From Aplysia californica (taxonomy: Eukaryota), in assembly GCF_000002075.1 (NCBI RefSeq), contig NW_004797308.1, positions 2,050,317 through 2,114,316 on the forward strand: a stretch of DNA of 64,000 nucleotides, read 5' to 3'. How positions within the stretch are numbered: the first letter of the stretch is position 1; every line of letters starts with the position of its first letter. Under the pieces are notes generated by a model that worked only from the letters and a program-made list of their open reading frames with translations, ran no database searches and was not told the origin of the DNA. Shown here piece by piece: positions 60,137 to 64,000 of this stretch. Position numbers and translations under genes: made by a program.

Positions 60137-63100
60137 CCTAAATTCAGAAAGGACTAAAGCAACACTACATCGTATCATTCTCCTAGAAGAAAAATGTACA
60201 CGCCACAGATAAACGTGTTGGTATGAGATTTATTGTGAAATAAATGATTTCCATCAACCCTCTACTGCGTTTTTAAAGTATGGCTGAGAGTTTCAGAATT
60301 CTCCCATCTTGCTGTGCTCTGACTTATCAAAGTAACCAACTCTCCACTTATTTCTCCTTATTTGTCCACAAAAAATTAAAAGGGTTTGAAATATATGGCC
60401 TTAAAAGACAAGATTCTGTTATGTTTTTTGGTTTTATTTCGTTTTTTAAAAGGGGGGGGGGGGTTCACAGCATCAGTAGTGATTTCAAATACCATACCAT
60501 CAAAATTACAAAGTTGTTGACACACACACAGAGACGTTTACACACGCGCGCTAATCACTATAGCCACAACCATAGATGTTACAGACATATTCAGAAAGAG
60601 GGGGATAGATACTGCAAAGTCATATGATAAAGCCAGCTTTTGAAAAGCAAATTTGAATAAATTCATGAAAAATGACACACCACAGTTTCGATGCTTCAAG
60701 GCACTTGAAGAAGCAAACAATCTTAAATGTCAACAACAGGGCTATCATCATATTTTGTGGGCAGGACTGTAATAACCAGTATCATAAACAATAATCAATA
60801 ATAACAACAGATCAAACAGTGACAATCTTGAACATCACAAAAGTCAGTCAAAGTTTTATTTTATGGACAAAGCAAAGACCACAATGAAAAAAAGACCGAA
60901 GTAAGAAACTCAAAATTCTTGAATTACTGTCATTAGCACGTCTACTGCTTTCATAGATTACTCTAAAAACTGGGCAAAACGAACAACTGGTTCAATCTAG
61001 AATTAAAGACCCCATTTAAAAAAAACAGAACAACAGGAAAATGACCCAAAGCAGAGTGAGTTTTGAACTGAAAATTCAATTTTCTGTAAGCCTCAAAATA
61101 TTACTATGATTATTTTTCCATTGTGTTCTTCAGATGAAGGCGTGAGATTATGCAGTAATGTTAGTCTTAAACCATGGGAATTATGACAGAGAATGAACAT
61201 GTTTTTTTTAAATGACTACACACACCCATACACATACACACACACACACTCGTTCATCATCGCATTCACACATGCACACATTCAGTCATGCACACAAGTA
61301 TGTACGCACACACGCTCACACATATACACATATACACACACACACGCGCGCGCGCGCACAAACATATTATATTCACTTGATTTCTCTTGCCAGCAAGAGT
61401 AAAGAGTAGCCCTTCGCCAAAACATTCACAACATGGGCCATCATAAATGGTTATGTTATTTAACATAGTTTTGAGGGAAAACTGTAATAACAATTTCTTA
61501 AATTCCTGTCTTCTCCTGAAAAAGGGCATATCCATTCTTTCTTAACTACTTGAACATTAGATTTATGATGTGGTAGGATGGTCATTCTAGTGATAAATAC
61601 CATTTTGAATTTTGGCTAACTCTTTGATGCATGTCTGACTGATGCCCTTATCATAGCAGGTTGAAAAAACTCACCAAATCACATTGGGGGAAAACTACTC
61701 ACATTTGGGAACAAATGGCTCCCTAAATATCCTCAAACTTTGCATACCTAACAGAAAAAGTTCTAAATAATTTAATAAATCAAGATGGAATAAGGTTATT
61801 GAGCAACAATTATTTACATCCCCAATTTTCAAAAGTACCAGTACAAGTCTTATTGCACAATCAAACCAGCATGGAGGAAAAACAATCAGTCTTTAACCCT
61901 TCCAATCCTGGCTCTCTCAGCTTCACAGAACCTCTGCACCTGAGCTTCCCCACAGATTGCTGCAAGATTTTGCACCACCCACACTGATAATGTAGGTATT
62001 TCTTCACCCCTATTGACACATTAGATCATTTAGGAGGTGGGCTTCAACTTTGCCCATTATTGTTCATTGAATGAAGGGGGGAAAAAAGCATTTTCCAGAC
62101 AAGACTGACATTGCTCAGGACTTTATAATAAGTGTAGCAGCACATAAACAAAAAATAAAAAATAATTTTCACTAATCATTACACATACTTTTACCGACAG
62201 GCAATAAAACATCTTCACATACAAACAATGATTTGTATCATAACAAAAATTGACATATATGATTCTTTAAAAAGTAATGTAAGAGTCAACAACAAAATGT
62301 ATGTAACACGTCTCCAGCGTATATTTTGGTCTTTACGTCAGCATTTTGGCTAGGCAAAAAGTCTTGCACCTGGTGTCAAGGTGAGAAGCCACAGCCTATA
62401 CCTGAGTAACCACCAGACACAGTTGATTAATTCAATGAGGACGCACAGTTTTAGGGCACTTGGAAAAAACAGAGGCATGGCTTCCTTCTTCATACTTAGT
62501 TTTAAATTCTTTTCTTATTACCTGAAACTTTAAAAGGCAGGCACCAACCTGCATACTATGAAATAAGCAAATTCATGTTTCTTACGAGCATAAGATAGTT
62601 TGAAATGTGCAGCAAACAATGCCTTTGGTCAACTGCCGATCATATGTACAAGTGCGCTAGGTCCTTCTCAAACAGTTAACACACAGCATATTGACGAACG
62701 AAGTCATTGCAGCCTAGTGCTTTATGTTGCGGGTGACAGTATAATAATTAATACAATGCTCAGGGGAAGAGGTTACACATTAAAAAATGGAAAATTTAAT
62801 TTAGGCACGGTAATCTATAACTGTGTATATATTATATTATGTCAAAACATATTTACTTTTCTTTTATAAGCAAAGCAGATACAGAAAAATTCAGGCCCCA
62901 TAATCACAGAAAGAGAACTAAATTAGTAAAAAAGTACAAGTAAATTTGAACTTGTGAATGATTAACCCTGACTTGATTTCTCCTCTCTCACAGCGGTGGG
63001 TCAATCAGCATACATATATAGAACAATGCCGCACTGATTCATATATTCACAGGTGCTGGATGTTAAACACACATTTGCAGCAAAGATTATTATCTTGCAA

Positions 63101-64000
63101 ACACACTTATTTCAAATTTTTTTAAAAGGAGTAATTGATTTTCACAGACGTTGCTCTTGTCACCTTCAGAATACATATGTTATTACAAAAAGCTACAGGA
63201 AAAAATCATAATAAAGGGCTTTGTGTTATAATTGGTTATCTCCAATATTTGAAATTCCATTTTTTTCCCTTCAGATCCCTAGCGTGATCTTTAATCTTTG
63301 CTGCATTAAAATATTTTGTTGCAAAATGTGCTAATAACAATTATTCTATATTGCTCCGTTTCAGTTTTTCTTTTTTCCAGCATACAGATCAAGAACCGAA
63401 TCATCAGCTTCTTCTATGTCTTTCATTATTTATAGAATGCATTTCTCATATGGCCCTTCAAGAGCAGATTTAAAAAATGTTCATCTTCAACTCAATACAT
63501 TCCCCAAAATGTATGCATATGAGAAATACAACTTCATTCCAGCAGCTAGGTGAGATCTGCTGCCAATATTTGAGCAGAGGGAACATATCACATCGGTAAG
63601 TAGTTCTTGCTTCTTTAACCCTTTCTTGTTTAGCCTGGCTGCAACAAGCCAGAAAAAAGTGCTCCAGTCCAACCCGTCCAAAAAAAGCCAGGCGACACTC
63701 TCTCTCCAACGGGATTCCCTCAATGGTAAGCTTCACTTTGATGATAAAGATAAATTACAGACAATTGGCTATAATTTCTTCTTTTCAATTTAGCAAAAAA
63801 ACCCGTCAGAACCAGTATCAGAAGTCAGCCTGGTTCTTTAGGAAATTGCTACGTACACTGGTAGTTGAGCGACTGGGCGGCCACTTTTAGCAAAGAACGC
63901 AAACAGAAAAGGGTTAATGTGTGTAAAAAAAGTCTTAGCTTTACATACATTCAAGTACACTAATTCTTTTCTGAGATAACAGATATTATTTTGAAAGAAA

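Overview
Eukaryotic (metazoan, probably molluscan/gastropod - inferred from repeat style only) genomic DNA with four N-gaps and three spliced host genes. (1) A central run of 13 coding exons of a Ral GTPase-activating protein alpha subunit gene (RALGAPA1/2-like, + strand, 358-20788). (2) The 5' part of PATL1/Pat1 (- strand, 35699-22490). (3) DEAF1 (+ strand, 36121-46317), head-to-head with PATL1 (ATGs about 420 bp apart) and with no intact MYND exon visible. RALGAPA and PATL1 both break off at the 100-N gap at 20983-21082. Mobile DNA includes an intron-containing piggyBac with an open 610-aa spliced transposase, a 2.05-kb Chapaev-type (RAG1-N-terminus-related) element, a frameshifted Kolobok/Mutator-like element, a mariner relic, an RTE LINE fragment and several SINE families. 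Most notable observations: (a) the Chapaev-type element has CAC ends, a 4-bp TSD and bipartite, asymmetric TIRs (same 8-mer and 16-mer, spacers of 14 vs 5 bp), reminiscent of RSS 12/23 architecture; (b) exon 3' ends plus their splice donors are repeatedly tandem-amplified into the downstream intron in both RALGAPA and DEAF1; (c) two short interspersed families share a 3' stem-loop with compensatory base changes.
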